A program made the translations under genes and the position numbers. Below, piece by piece: positions 39,117-49,428 of a stretch of DNA of 64,000 nt. The first letter of the stretch is position 1; each line of letters opens with the position of its first letter. Source of the stretch: Nitrosopumilaceae archaeon (GTDB lineage Archaea > Thermoproteota > Nitrososphaeria > Nitrososphaerales > Nitrosopumilaceae); NCBI GenBank assembly GCA_965214835.1, contig CBDCCK010000002.1, forward strand, positions 1,184,001 to 1,248,000, in the 5' to 3' direction. The notes under the pieces were generated by a model. The model saw nothing but the letters and a program-made list of their open reading frames with translations. It was not told where the DNA came from and did not search any database.

Positions 39117-40031
39117 CTAGACGTATGTAAGCCACGGAAGGAACCTGTCGTCCCTGCCCATGGCCGCGTCCATGAATGATTCCTGCAGCGTCTTTGTGAT
39201 GCTGCCCACCCTGTCGTTTCCAATCTTTACTGCATCAATCTGGGTTACTGACTTTACCTCCGCTGCCGTCCCGCTCATGAAGATCTCGTCGGCATCATAC
39301 AGGTCGTCGCGCTCCAGATCCGTCTCTATGACATATCCGCCGTTCTCCTCGATTATCTGAATGATGCTGTCCCTTGTAATGCCCTCCAAGATTCCAGCCG
39401 ACGGCGGCGGAGTGAGTACCTCGCCATTTTTTACGATGAAGATGTTCTCCGCACTGCCTTCGGCAACCTTTCCGTGATAGTTTAGCATTATGGCCTCGTC
39501 ATACCCGTCATTTAGCGCCTCGACCCTGGCCAGCGCCGCGTTTGCATAGTTTGATGCGGCCTTTGCCCTCATCGGCTGCGCCCTGGAATCGATCTTCAGC
39601 CAGCTGGATACCTTGCATCTTGCGCCGGAGAACTTTCCGGCCCTTGACTCGCCCATCCTCCACTCCCAGCAGGAGACCGACAGATCTACCTTGTTGGGCG
39701 ACGGGGTGAGGCCCATTTCACCGTATCCATAGTATGCAAGCGGCCTGATGTAGCATTCCCTCAGCTTGCTGGCCTTCACCGTCTGAATTATGGCCTCGGT
39801 CACCTGCTTTTTTGAGTACCGCATCTTCATAGAGTACAGCTTTGCAGACTTGAAAAGGCGATCCACGTGTTCGGACAGCCTGAATATAGCAGGGCCCTTT
39901 GGAGTATCATAGCACCGTATGCCCTCAAAGACCGAGGTTGAATAGTGCAGGGCATGGGTCAGGACATGGACCTTGGCATTCCTGAACGGCACCAGCCTGC
40001 CGTTCATCCAAATCCTGCCGGTCTCTTTCAT
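39117..40031 (-). CDS. ilvE: Branched-chain amino acid aminotransferase
   Basis: LHYSTSVFEGIR, AKAASNY, EGSAENIF, ILEGITR, GTAAEV. Confidence 0.95.
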   Translation of the reverse strand: MKETGRIWMNGRLVPFRNAKVHVLTHALHYSTSVFEGIRCYDTPKGPAIFRLSEHVDRLFKSAKLYSMKMRYSKKQVTEAIIQTVKASKLRECYIRPLAYYGYGEMGLTPSPNKVDLSVSCWEWRMGESRAGKFSGARCKVSSWLKIDSRAQPMRAKAASNYANAALARVEALNDGYDEAIMLNYHGKVAEGSAENIFIVKNGEVLTPPPSAGILEGITRDSIIQIIEENGGYVIETDLERDDLYDADEIFMSGTAAEVKSVTQIDAVKIGNDRVGSITKTLQESFMDAAMGRDDRFLPWLTYV

Positions 40032-40109
40032 GTGGTGAGAAAAGACCCTGGCAATTTAAGTAATTGTCTTGTGCAATAGGTACTTTAGCAGCCGTCTGGT
40101 ATTTCTGAT

Positions 40110-40313
40110 GTGGAGCCGGTCTTTGCATTTGCCGCAATCGCCCTGCTGATAATCGGTCTCGTTGGACAGGGATTTGAGATGAGGAGGATCAGACAGTCTG
40201 CCCTGCGCGATGAGGATGCCGCCTCGCCGAACATATTCACAGACAAGCGAAACATAAAGTGGTATGCAGTAATCGGCGCAGGCATGGCGCTGTGGTACGT
40301 GGGCGGGGGATAG
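40110..40313 (+). CDS. Small conserved membrane protein
   Basis: Two TM helices, GQGFEMRRI..NIF.DKRN. Confidence 0.65.
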   Translation: MEPVFAFAAIALLIIGLVGQGFEMRRIRQSALRDEDAASPNIFTDKRNIKWYAVIGAGMALWYVGGG

Positions 40314-40545
40314 ATCCGTGCGGATCACGGGCCCGCATCCGGCCTTTCAGGCACAACCCTGCCGTCTGACATCATCATTGATTGGCGTTGAGCGGTTTTC
40401 CCTGGTTTTTGCAGCCATCCTGGATAGTGCAGTTTGCGCTCTGGCCCGCCTTGTCAGATAGCTTTTCTGAGATACCTGGTCTGAATTGTTCCGGATTTGG
40501 AATCGTTTTATGTGACGCTCCTAGGAGTACTGTGGAGGATGTCTA

Positions 40546-41429
40546 TTGAAGCTTGATGTGATCTATCACGATGACTGTCTCCGACGACTAGGGAAAATCC
40601 CCGACAAATCAATAGATCTTGTGGTGACCTCACCCCCATATGCGGACAACAGGAAGGGTGCATATCGGGGCATTCCGATCTCCGAGTACACAGGGTGGTT
40701 CCTTCCCATATCGATGGAGATCTTCAGGGTTCTAAAAAATGACGGATCGTTTGTACTCAACATAAAGGAGCGGACCGTGGACGGGGAGCGCGGAACATAT
40801 GTTGTAGAACTCATCCTGAAAATGCGACATCAGGGATGGTTGTGGATCGAGGAATACGTTTGGCATAAAAAGAACTGCTATCCGGGAAAGTGGCCTAATC
40901 GGTTTAGGGACGCCTGGGAGAGGTGTCTGCACTTTACAAAACAGAAAAAATTTAGGATGTACCAAAATGCTGTGAGGGTTCCGGTGGGGGAGTGGGCAAG
41001 CAAGCGATTTGCTAACTTGTCTGAGACGGATATGATGCGAGATGAGGCGAAAAACGATAGTGGCTTTGGCAAGAATGTATCCACCGGACGGGACGACACG
41101 CTGCATATCCTACCAACGTGATACACCTAGCCACAGAGTGCAGAAACGTAGGGCACAGCGCAGCGTTTCCAGTGCCGCTTCCAAGCTGGTTCATCAGGCT
41201 ATTTACCAAGAAAGGCGATGTTGTCTTGGATCCATTCATGGGTTCGGGGACTACGGCAGTAGCATCCATGCAGCTTGGCAGATCGTTTATTGGAATGGAG
41301 GCAGAAGAACAGTTTTACAAGGAATCGATACAAAGAATACAAAGGGCAGCAAAGACAACAAAGAATTTCAAGGTAAACAACAACTCTACAAAATATCAGT
41401 TAACTATGCTGGCGGGTAAAAGTTCTTGA
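40546..41429 (+). pseudogene. N4/N6 DNA methyltransferase (beta class), frameshifted near 41083
   Basis: VTSPPY motif IV in 40546-41121; HSAAFP and LDPFMGSGTT motif I in 41118-41429; a 1-nt indel joins them. Confidence 0.85.
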
Positions 41430-41513
41430 AGTATTTCATGATCAGATACTCTTGCCTACAGCAGATGGCCCCAAGAGTTTGTGATTGCCAGTATAAATAA
41501 GAAATTGACGGCT

Positions 41514-41899
41514 CAGTCTTCCCAAGAGTAACCCAGAATGGCCAGTTTTGACCGAAACAGATCAATAAGGGGCCGTCCTAGAAGGCACTCATGCACCACC
41601 AAAAGAACCAACTGAGACGTGATGCTCTTAACAACCCGCGCATATGTCAAGCTATACTGGAGACCGTCGGCGAAGGCATGGCCCCGTGCGTCGGGGCCTC
41701 GGACAGGCACAGCGCCATCTATACTGCAGGCGACTTTAGCAGGTGTCTGACGCGCGCGTCCGTATCCAACGGGCAGGTGGCCGGCTGCACGATGTCTGCA
41801 CGCGAGGTGCCGACGGCCCCGGGACTGCTCCGCAATCCCACCGACGAGTGGATCCGCAGCGTCGCCATAAGGTTCGAGCCCGGCCAGATCCTATACTGA
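41514..41899 (+). pseudogene. ISH3-like element left end plus truncated transposase
   Basis: CAGTCTTCCCAAGAGTAACCC TIR (family B) followed by 102-aa ORF resembling 10259-10498. Confidence 0.6.
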
Positions 41900-41922
41900 T
41901 GATCATTGAAAATTTCGCCTGA

Positions 41923-42207
41923 TTACACATCTTGTAAAGGTTTATAGCTCCCCACCATTCCCAGTCCTAGATAATCCTTCTGAAATTCGAGAATTTCTTC
42001 AACAGTGTTGTTATTCAAGATTTGAATTGTTTTGGATTGTACGTATTTTTCGGTAGTCTGTAAAGTAGTTTTATCCAACAATTCACGTTTCATAATATTT
42101 GATGGAACAGCTAGTTCGTGTCCCAGCTGTCCAATCTTTTCAATTAGTTTTGGGCATTTGATTTCATTGAATATTGCAATTATTGTGGTGGCATCTAATA
42201 TTTTCAA
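41923..42207 (-). pseudogene. PIN-domain (DUF3368-like) toxin, C-terminally truncated
   Basis: ILDATTII, VP..I.KREL, ends at LGLG before the expected E and DD residues. Confidence 0.6.
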
Positions 42208-42210
42208 AAG

Positions 42211-42795
42211 TTATCCTAACAAAGCTATTTGCCTATCTTTCATCTTTTTAATTACGTAATCCTGCGATTTGTTTAATAATTCTGCTGCCCGTTGAGAACT
42301 GATTTTTTGTTTCTTAATCAGCGATAAAATGTGATTTTCCATGTTTGGTTTAAGACTTTCATATTCAATGGACTCTTCAGTCATATCAGGATGTGCAGAA
42401 TAAATGTAAGCAAGCAGTTCATTACTAATCATGTCGTTGAGAAATTTTTTGTATTCGTTTAAGGCCTCTATGATCTTTTTGTTTTCATGTTTGGATATCT
42501 CCTGTGCTATTTCCTTGCCGGTTTTAGTTAAAGCAATTTCTCCATGGCTGCTAGTCAAGACGCCTATTTGTTCCAAGTATTGTTCTTCTTCATCTACGAC
42601 TTCACTATGTGAACCATAATTGTCTGCGTCATAGCTGCTTTGTTCTTTAATTTCTTCGATTTTATCGGAAAGAAGATACATCATTTTTTGGAGTTTTAGT
42701 CTGCTCCTGATGGGTTCGTTGCTAGCATTGGCCAGTAAAATAATGAATTTATGCAATTCGTCCTCATCCTCCAATATTTTCTCTTTGATTCCCAT
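42211..42795 (-). CDS. Putative antitoxin: DUF4065/Panacea-like domain fused to UPF0175-like HTH
   Basis: RLKLQKMMYLL, Y.ADNYGSHS, LLAYIYSAHP; C-terminal KISSQRAAELL. Confidence 0.65.
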   Translation of the reverse strand: MGIKEKILEDEDELHKFIILLANASNEPIRSRLKLQKMMYLLSDKIEEIKEQSSYDADNYGSHSEVVDEEEQYLEQIGVLTSSHGEIALTKTGKEIAQEISKHENKKIIEALNEYKKFLNDMISNELLAYIYSAHPDMTEESIEYESLKPNMENHILSLIKKQKISSQRAAELLNKSQDYVIKKMKDRQIALLG

Positions 42796-43193
42796 GTTTT
42801 GTTGTCTCCTGTGGCAACTAATACCAATGGGTATAATATAATAATCATCAAATTATTTGTAATAGTTTGGACTTGGAAGTGATTTACGATTTCAGGCACA
42901 GATTCTATTTGATCGACCCTGCCAGGTCGTGGCAGACAGTTACCGTGCAGAGAATCTCATTGCAGGGGGCCTACAGGTTTGCAGGCACACTGCCAAACGG
43001 CAGGGTTGTGCTTGAAAAGCCGGATGTGAACCCGCATCCGGCCCTGATCTATATAGATCAGCTCTAAATATCACAGGGGCGTACACAGTGTATCGCGTGT
43101 TATGGGTAACGCCGGACTAATTCTAGATCAAGCGTCCAAGAAAAAACCCACTATGGCACTACGGGGTAAAACCTTGTAGAGCCATAAGCATTT

Positions 43194-44609
43194 TTAGATA
43201 AACTGAATCCTTGATTTCTCCGAGTGTATTGCCCGTATTGCCTTTGCAATGTTCTCGCCCGAGTCCTCGATGACAAAGATAATCCTAGAGGTCTCCTCCT
43301 GCGCGTCCATGTTCAGGATATTCAGGCCCGCCTCGCCTAGCTTCGAGCTTGCCCTTGATGCGATCTGCTGCACCCTCCACATCTGATCCCCTATCAGCGT
43401 TATAACCCCCCTGTTGTAGGTTATCGACGCAAGCGAGTCAAAACCCAGCAGGTACTTCTCGTTTCTTCTGACATAGTCGCCGTCCAGGAACAGGATCCGC
43501 GTAAACTCGATTCCGTCCCTTGTAAACGGCGACAGAATCACGTACTCGTTGTACCTCCTTTCGTGCTCCAGCGAGGACAGCAGGCTCTGCGCAGAGTCCC
43601 TCTCCATCCTGATTATCGCGCAGTTTCTCTTTCCGGTTACAATCTTGAGGGGATGGCTGTCGTCGTTTTCGGGATTCCGCTCTATGGTGGTGGTCTTTTC
43701 CGGATCTCCCATGTTTGTAACGGTGATCGGCACCTCCACCCCGTTTTCCAGAATCTCCTTGATCGCTATTGGATCAAGGACCTTCATGCCAAACATTCCT
43801 GCCAGGCGCGCCTCGTTGTAGGATAGCGTGTCGACATCGGTCAGGCTCTCAGAGACAATCTTCGGATCTGCAGATACCACGGAGCTGTCCTTCTCAAAGT
43901 CGATTCTCGTGTCGTATTTTTTATGGAACAAAATCCCCATGTCCGCTGCCGTCCTGTCAGAGCCCCCCCTCTCATATGTCGTGACTGCCCCGTCTGCGGT
44001 CTTTCCTATGAATCCGCCCATGCAGACGACTTGGTTTTCGGCTACCAGCCTTTCGGTGTGCCCCATGCTTTCCTGCGACTTTGATGCAAGAAAGTTGGTG
44101 GATTCTATGTTGCCATCCGTGATTATCGGCCAGTTCTCAAAGTCCACTGCCGCAGACGAGATCCCACCCGACCTTAGGATGAGGTTCATCACGTTTGACA
44201 TCAGTATCTCGCCGGAGAACCCCAGCGCCTCCGAGCGCGTCTCGTCTGCAAACTCTGACCTGTCTCTTGCAGTGGCCAGCGCACGTCTTGCCAGGCCGAG
44301 GAATTCTTTGACCACATCCCTGCAGTCCTGCCTGAACTCGTCACTTGCCATGTCCAGGACTCTTTCATACGTCTGCTCCACCCCCTCCAGGGACGGCTCC
44401 CGGCCCTGTTCTGCACGCCTTCCAATCTCCAAGACAACATCGGTCAGTGATCTTTTCCTGCCGTCAACTATCGTAAGCGGCGCAGAGAAGACCGCAATTA
44501 CCTTGGAGTCCTTTTTTAGCTCGTTGATCCTCCCGATTATCCCCGGAACAAGCTCCCCGAACGGCCCTATCGCACTTCCCCCGAATTTTGCAACCACCAG
44601 TTTTTCCAT
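43194..44609 (-). CDS. lysC: Aspartate kinase
   Basis: VAKFGGS, GEIL, ERGGSDRTA, SADPKIV, ACT domain. Confidence 0.92.
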   Translation of the reverse strand: MEKLVVAKFGGSAIGPFGELVPGIIGRINELKKDSKVIAVFSAPLTIVDGRKRSLTDVVLEIGRRAEQGREPSLEGVEQTYERVLDMASDEFRQDCRDVVKEFLGLARRALATARDRSEFADETRSEALGFSGEILMSNVMNLILRSGGISSAAVDFENWPIITDGNIESTNFLASKSQESMGHTERLVAENQVVCMGGFIGKTADGAVTTYERGGSDRTAADMGILFHKKYDTRIDFEKDSSVVSADPKIVSESLTDVDTLSYNEARLAGMFGMKVLDPIAIKEILENGVEVPITVTNMGDPEKTTTIERNPENDDSHPLKIVTGKRNCAIIRMERDSAQSLLSSLEHERRYNEYVILSPFTRDGIEFTRILFLDGDYVRRNEKYLLGFDSLASITYNRGVITLIGDQMWRVQQIASRASSKLGEAGLNILNMDAQEETSRIIFVIEDSGENIAKAIRAIHSEKSRIQFI

Positions 44610-44648
44610 TTTCTAGCTTTTTCCCGTCACATCTTTTAACCGTTCTTT

Positions 44649-45668
44649 TTAGCGCTGCTCTGCCGTTTTTTTGATTATGCCCCATGCCCTCTTGGCGCCG
44701 TCCGGCACTGCCTTCCCTCTTGGCGCCCCGATTTTTTCCTCGATGATTGAGTCCAGCCTGAATATGTCATCAAATGCAAACCCCTGCTCCCTTGCATTGT
44801 CCTCCTGCTCGAAGTGATTCCTTATCGGGATGAAGATGCCAGGAGTCCCGTATGCGCCCGCCTCGTCTATGGTGGACTTGCCTGCCAGTGATATCACCAG
44901 GTCAGAGGCATAGATTATCTCGTGAAGGTTTTCTACAAACCCCAGATTCCTTGCGCCGTCGAACCTCTCTTTCAGTGACGGGCCCGGGACCACTACCACA
45001 TCATAGTCTTTTTTCATCCTCCGGATTGCATCCAGGGACCTCTCAATCAGGAACAGGCCCGCCCCGGTTCCCCCCGTGGCAATTACGATTGTTTTCCTGC
45101 CAAAGCCCAGCCTTTCTCTGAGCTGATCCCTTGAGAGCCCTGTCTGGCGGACAATGGGCCCCGTTCTGTGTATGTTGCCCTCGTCTGCGCCCTCCTCTGG
45201 CACAATGACTGCATCGCACTTTGAGATGATCCCCCTCATCGACCTGTTCATTTTCCGCTCAATCAGTGATCCAAGGCCCCTGGTGAATCTGGTCTCAAGG
45301 ATGTCGGTGATCAAGACCGACGGGATATTTTGCTCCTGTGCAATTGTCAGTGACGCAAAGTCCTCGTCGCCGATCACAACATCCGGGGTTTGGCCTGCAA
45401 TGATCCCTGATGATATTTTTTTGCAGTCTCTGTAGTACCGGTAGTACTGCCACAGCCACCTCATGGGTTTTTCCAGCGAGCCGTTCTCCACTGTGAACTG
45501 CGGGGGAGTGTACCGGTCGGCCACCTCGAAACCTGATTTTTTTAGAAGCTCTGCTGCGGCATCGCCGGTGACAAATTTTACTGCATTTTTGAAAAATTCT
45601 GCGACAGCTGTGTCCCTTGTAGCGTGCCCCAGTCCTATCGGGCTTGAAAAAAACAGGAACCTCATCAT
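44649..45668 (-). CDS. GT28-like (MurG-fold) glycosyltransferase
   Basis: IGLGHATRD, TGGTGAG, AGKSTIDE, HFEQEDNA. Confidence 0.82.
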   Translation of the reverse strand: MMRFLFFSSPIGLGHATRDTAVAEFFKNAVKFVTGDAAAELLKKSGFEVADRYTPPQFTVENGSLEKPMRWLWQYYRYYRDCKKISSGIIAGQTPDVVIGDEDFASLTIAQEQNIPSVLITDILETRFTRGLGSLIERKMNRSMRGIISKCDAVIVPEEGADEGNIHRTGPIVRQTGLSRDQLRERLGFGRKTIVIATGGTGAGLFLIERSLDAIRRMKKDYDVVVVPGPSLKERFDGARNLGFVENLHEIIYASDLVISLAGKSTIDEAGAYGTPGIFIPIRNHFEQEDNAREQGFAFDDIFRLDSIIEEKIGAPRGKAVPDGAKRAWGIIKKTAEQR

Positions 45669-45751
45669 GTCCTTGCAGCATTTGTCTAATTTGTAGATTG
45701 TTTCGAAATCCGTTCTCAAAGTTTAAATGGATTTTAGCAAGCTAGTCTGCT

Positions 45752-45826
45752 GGGCCCGTAGTCCAGGTCGGTTATGACGTCGCCCTTACACGGCGAAGAT
45801 CCGGGGTTCAAATCCCCGCGGGCCCA
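45752..45826 (+). tRNA. tRNA-Val(TAC)
   Basis: GGGCCCG..TCGCC-CTTACAC-GGCGA..GGTTCAAATCC..CGGGCCCA; TTTAAA box upstream. Confidence 0.95.
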
Positions 45827-46086
45827 TGTGCTTTCTTGGGATCGGTAGGACACAGCCGTGCCTATGGCATGGAAATTATCAGGAAAGACAAAGACGCGTC
45901 AGGATGATCATCCTGCCGTTTTTAATTGCCCAGAATGAACCATTCCGTGGCCGTCATCTCTGGAATTGCAGGTGGCAGGAGAGGGCTCAATCCCCAACGC
46001 GGTCAAGGGCGCGATCCCTTTGAGATTTGAACTCAATGCTGAAAACCACCGTGCTAGGTTTATTATAGAAAAACACGGTATAATTT

Positions 46087-46563
46087 TTGAATATGTATAA
46101 CACGATACTGGTTCCGCATGCCGGAACTCCCGCAGGCGATGATGCCCTCAAACATGCAATTCATGCCGCAAGGAACACCCCTGCAAGGATAATAATCCTG
46201 CACATTGTTGAGGAAATGCAGCGCCCAATGGCATTCGCACTGGCAGAGTCCGAGCAAGACAAGCTGCGAGAAAGCATAGACGAGGCAAATGAATCCATAC
46301 GAGCAGAGGCAGAAAAAGAGATGGCAAAGCGTGTCCAGCAATGCAAGGATCAAGGAGTGGGTGCAGAAGTCAGAGCAGCCATTGGAGATGCAGCCGAGAT
46401 AATCCTGGACTATGTCAATAAAGAAGATGTAGATCTTGTGGTGATAGCAAAGCGAAGAAAGCTCAAGGGCGTCAAGAAGCTACTTTCCATGGGAAGCGTT
46501 TCACGCAAAATAGTTGAAAATGTCTCATGTCCCGTACTCATGCTGGATACAGAAAACATATAA
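46087..46563 (+). CDS. Universal stress protein
   Basis: ILVPH.G, DLVVI, MGSVSRKIV..CPVL. Confidence 0.88.
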   Translation: MNMYNTILVPHAGTPAGDDALKHAIHAARNTPARIIILHIVEEMQRPMAFALAESEQDKLRESIDEANESIRAEAEKEMAKRVQQCKDQGVGAEVRAAIGDAAEIILDYVNKEDVDLVVIAKRRKLKGVKKLLSMGSVSRKIVENVSCPVLMLDTENI

Positions 46564-46587
46564 TCGCCGCTCAAGGCACCATGGATT

Positions 46588-47982
46588 TCATTCTACAAAA
46601 TGAGTCCTGACAAGATCGTCATAGTATCTTATTGACTTCATGTTTACAAATTCCAGCATTCCGTATCTGGACAGCTCCCTTCCAAACCCGCTCTTTTTTA
46701 TTCCTCCGAAGGGAATCCTGGGATCTGATACCAGTACGTTGTTTACAGAAACCATCCCGGCCTCCAGCCTGCGGGTAAACCCCTCTGCCTTGACCAAGTC
46801 CTGCGTCCACACGCTTGCACCCAGTCCAAACTCAGTGTCATTTGCAAGCCTGATGGAGTCAAACTCGTCGCCTACTATGGTAATTGACGCAACAGGCCCA
46901 AACGTCTCCTCAGAATAAACCCTCATGTCTTTTGTTATGCCTTTGATTATCGTGGGCTTGAAAAAATACCCGCTGCCTCCCACCTGATCCCCGCCGGTTA
47001 GGATCTCGGCCCCCTTGCCCCTTGCATCGTCAACCTGGCCTGAAATCGTCTCCATCGCTGATCTGTTTACCAGGGGGCCTATGTCGGTCTCGTCTGACAT
47101 TGGATCGCCTACAGTCAGCCTCTCGGTGTTTCTTACAAAATTTTCGATAAAGTCACCTGCTATGTCCTTTGAGACGAAAAAACGTTTTGATGCAACACAG
47201 CTCTGCCCGCAGTTGATAAAGCGGCCCTTTACCGCACCCTCTGCAGCCTTTACTGGATCTGCATCTGAGCATACTATGAAGGGATCGCTTCCTCCTAGCT
47301 CCAGGACACATTTTTTGAGGCCGGCCGCTGCCCTTTGCCCGACCTTGATTCCGACGCTTGTACTTCCGGTGAATGTAATTGCAGACACGTCTGATTCTAA
47401 AAGGTGCTCGGCCACCGAGGAGTCGCCGACTGCCGTCTGAAACACCCCCTCCGGAAGGCCCGACCCCACAAGAAACGACTCTAGCTCTATGCCGCACTGC
47501 ATCGTTGCGCTAGCCGGCTTGAGAACAATGGTATTTCCTGCCATGAGTGAGGGGGCTGCAAAACGCAGCGCCTGCCAAAAGGGAAAGTTCCAAGGCATGA
47601 TGCTGCCAATGACCCCTAGCGGCTCAAATGCAATCACGCTCTTCCTGGCATCTGTATTTAGCGCCTCATCGTGAAGAAACGACTTTCCATTGTCCGCGTA
47701 ATATTCGATTGCCCAGGCGCATTTCTCAACCTCCCCGATGGACTCCTTTAGCGGCTTTCCCATCTCGGTGGTGGCAATCCTTGCAAGCGATTCCTTTCTT
47801 TTTCGCAGTTCCTGTGATACTAGATGCAAGGCCTCAGTTCTTTTGTCAAAGTCCCTCTTCCACTCATTGAAGGCCTGCTTTGACCTGATGATCAGCCCTT
47901 CAACCTGTGACCTTCCCATGACATCATAGTCTGAAATGGTCTTTCCAGTAGCTGGGTTTACCGTGGTTACCTTTGAGGCCAT
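46588..47982 (-). CDS. NAD(P)-dependent aldehyde dehydrogenase (succinate-semialdehyde dehydrogenase-like)
   Basis: MPWNFP, FTGS, LELGGSDP, NCGQSC, EETFGP. Confidence 0.92.
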   Translation of the reverse strand: MASKVTTVNPATGKTISDYDVMGRSQVEGLIIRSKQAFNEWKRDFDKRTEALHLVSQELRKRKESLARIATTEMGKPLKESIGEVEKCAWAIEYYADNGKSFLHDEALNTDARKSVIAFEPLGVIGSIMPWNFPFWQALRFAAPSLMAGNTIVLKPASATMQCGIELESFLVGSGLPEGVFQTAVGDSSVAEHLLESDVSAITFTGSTSVGIKVGQRAAAGLKKCVLELGGSDPFIVCSDADPVKAAEGAVKGRFINCGQSCVASKRFFVSKDIAGDFIENFVRNTERLTVGDPMSDETDIGPLVNRSAMETISGQVDDARGKGAEILTGGDQVGGSGYFFKPTIIKGITKDMRVYSEETFGPVASITIVGDEFDSIRLANDTEFGLGASVWTQDLVKAEGFTRRLEAGMVSVNNVLVSDPRIPFGGIKKSGFGRELSRYGMLEFVNMKSIRYYDDLVRTHFVE

Positions 47983-48029
47983 GTAGACATGAAACCCATC
48001 GAGTTTCTTTATGAATCTAGTCACTGCGT

Positions 48030-48150
48030 CAGTCTTCAGATGTAACCCGACCCATGGCGGCACAAACGGCTGCATGAGGATCTGCAGGCCCGCTTGGCTT
48101 GGACCGTCTTAAGTTTGGAACCGTTTTGCGGGACGCTTTTGGGAAGGCTG
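48030..48150. mobile_element. Family B (ISH3-like) MITE
   Basis: CAGTCTTC..GTAACCCGA / TTTTGGGAAGGCTG; aligns to reverse complement of 1805-1926. Confidence 0.72.
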
Positions 48151-48229
48151 GTTTTTTCTCAGCCAGGTAAAACATGCCCGGATCGGATGTCTGGGGGGAG
48201 GGGTACTCGAATCAGAGATAAATCATCAG

Positions 48230-48777
48230 GTAATAGGGTAGCCCCTGCCTAGTTAATTTTTCGTGACCGTCTGATCTATAAACTATCAATACCAAGAAAA
48301 TACATGCCTACAGCCTCGGAATTCAATGCATTAAGCAAAGAGATGGCCTGCGCCAGGGCGGAGCTTCAGAAGACGCAGGAGGAGCTTGATATGGAGAGGA
48401 TGGCATCTGCCATAAGGCAGGCCGATGATGCCGCACTAATCTAGATGCAGGCGTCACAAATCAAGCAGCTCAAACACCGCATCGAATTTTATGAGAACCC
48501 GCACACCCCGTCATCGCAGAACTCGATTCCGACCAGGCAGAAAAAGGCGACTGCGGCAAGGGAATCGGGCAGGGCACCGGCAAGGCCGGGCCAAAAACCC
48601 GGACACAGAGGCGTATCACACAAGAGGCGCCCGACCCGGTACAAAACGCACGTACCTGACATGTGCGGCGCGTACAACGGGCGCGACCTGACAGATCCGG
48701 TTCCCGCCGGAACCAGGATGGCTACTGACATCACCCAGCCCCATCTGATCTGCCCGGCATCCCTCCCCAGATCTTGA
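48230..48777 (+). pseudogene. Truncated IS66 element (left end plus N-terminal transposase, in-frame stop at 48442)
   Basis: YENPHTPSSQNSIPTRQKK, KPGHRGVSHKR as in the intact copies. Confidence 0.82.
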
Positions 48778-48795
48778 TCCGATCAGCACATATTT

Positions 48796-48899
48796 GGTAA
48801 CAGCTAGGGCTTCGTGACTTGCGATTTTAGGCACGAATTACATCTGCGAAGGCACCTTTGGCGGTAACATCCACGCCTGAACTTCCAGAGCCCGAGCTG
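48796..48899. repeat. Family E MITE-like repeat, copy 2
   Basis: Homologous to 32318-32423. Confidence 0.7.
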
Positions 48900-48994
48900 C
48901 TGCCCTAGATGAGACAGCCACTACTGCCACCAAATGGTATTTTTGACTATAATCATGTTAAATGTTAATATGTAAACACCAAATCACACCAACC

Positions 48995-49411
48995 ATGGAT
49001 ATGAATAAAATTCTTGTACCTGTAGATGGCTCCAAAAAATCCTTCGAGGCCCTAGATCGTGCACTAACCCTAGCGGGATTCACCCATGGCCAGGTTATTG
49101 CAATACACGTAATCCCACACATTCCGGCAGGCGGTTCTAGAACCAAGGACTTTAACAAACACGTTCATCAGGATGCCGAAATTATTCTAAAAAAGGCAGA
49201 AAAAAGGGCAGGAAACAAGGATGTAAAATTCAAGACCAAAATTCTAAGGGGATCCCCCGGGTACGAAACGGTCGCCTTGGCCAAGAAAGGACATTTTGAT
49301 CACATTGTAATGAGTACGACTGGCAGTGGCTCTGCCATGGGGGACATGCTGGGAAGCGTTTCTAACTTCGTACTGCACAAATCAAAAATCCCGGTATATC
49401 TTATCAAATAA
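48995..49411 (+). CDS. Universal stress protein
   Basis: KILVPVDGS, LGSVSNFVLHKSKIPV. Confidence 0.88.
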   Translation: MDMNKILVPVDGSKKSFEALDRALTLAGFTHGQVIAIHVIPHIPAGGSRTKDFNKHVHQDAEIILKKAEKRAGNKDVKFKTKILRGSPGYETVALAKKGHFDHIVMSTTGSGSAMGDMLGSVSNFVLHKSKIPVYLIK

Positions 49412-49428
49412 TTGAGGGATGGAAAAAG

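Noticed and set aside
45830-46030. Integrase fragment/att site after tRNA-Val
   Set aside because: Only a weak VGHS-like match, and no duplicated tRNA 3' end found in the window.
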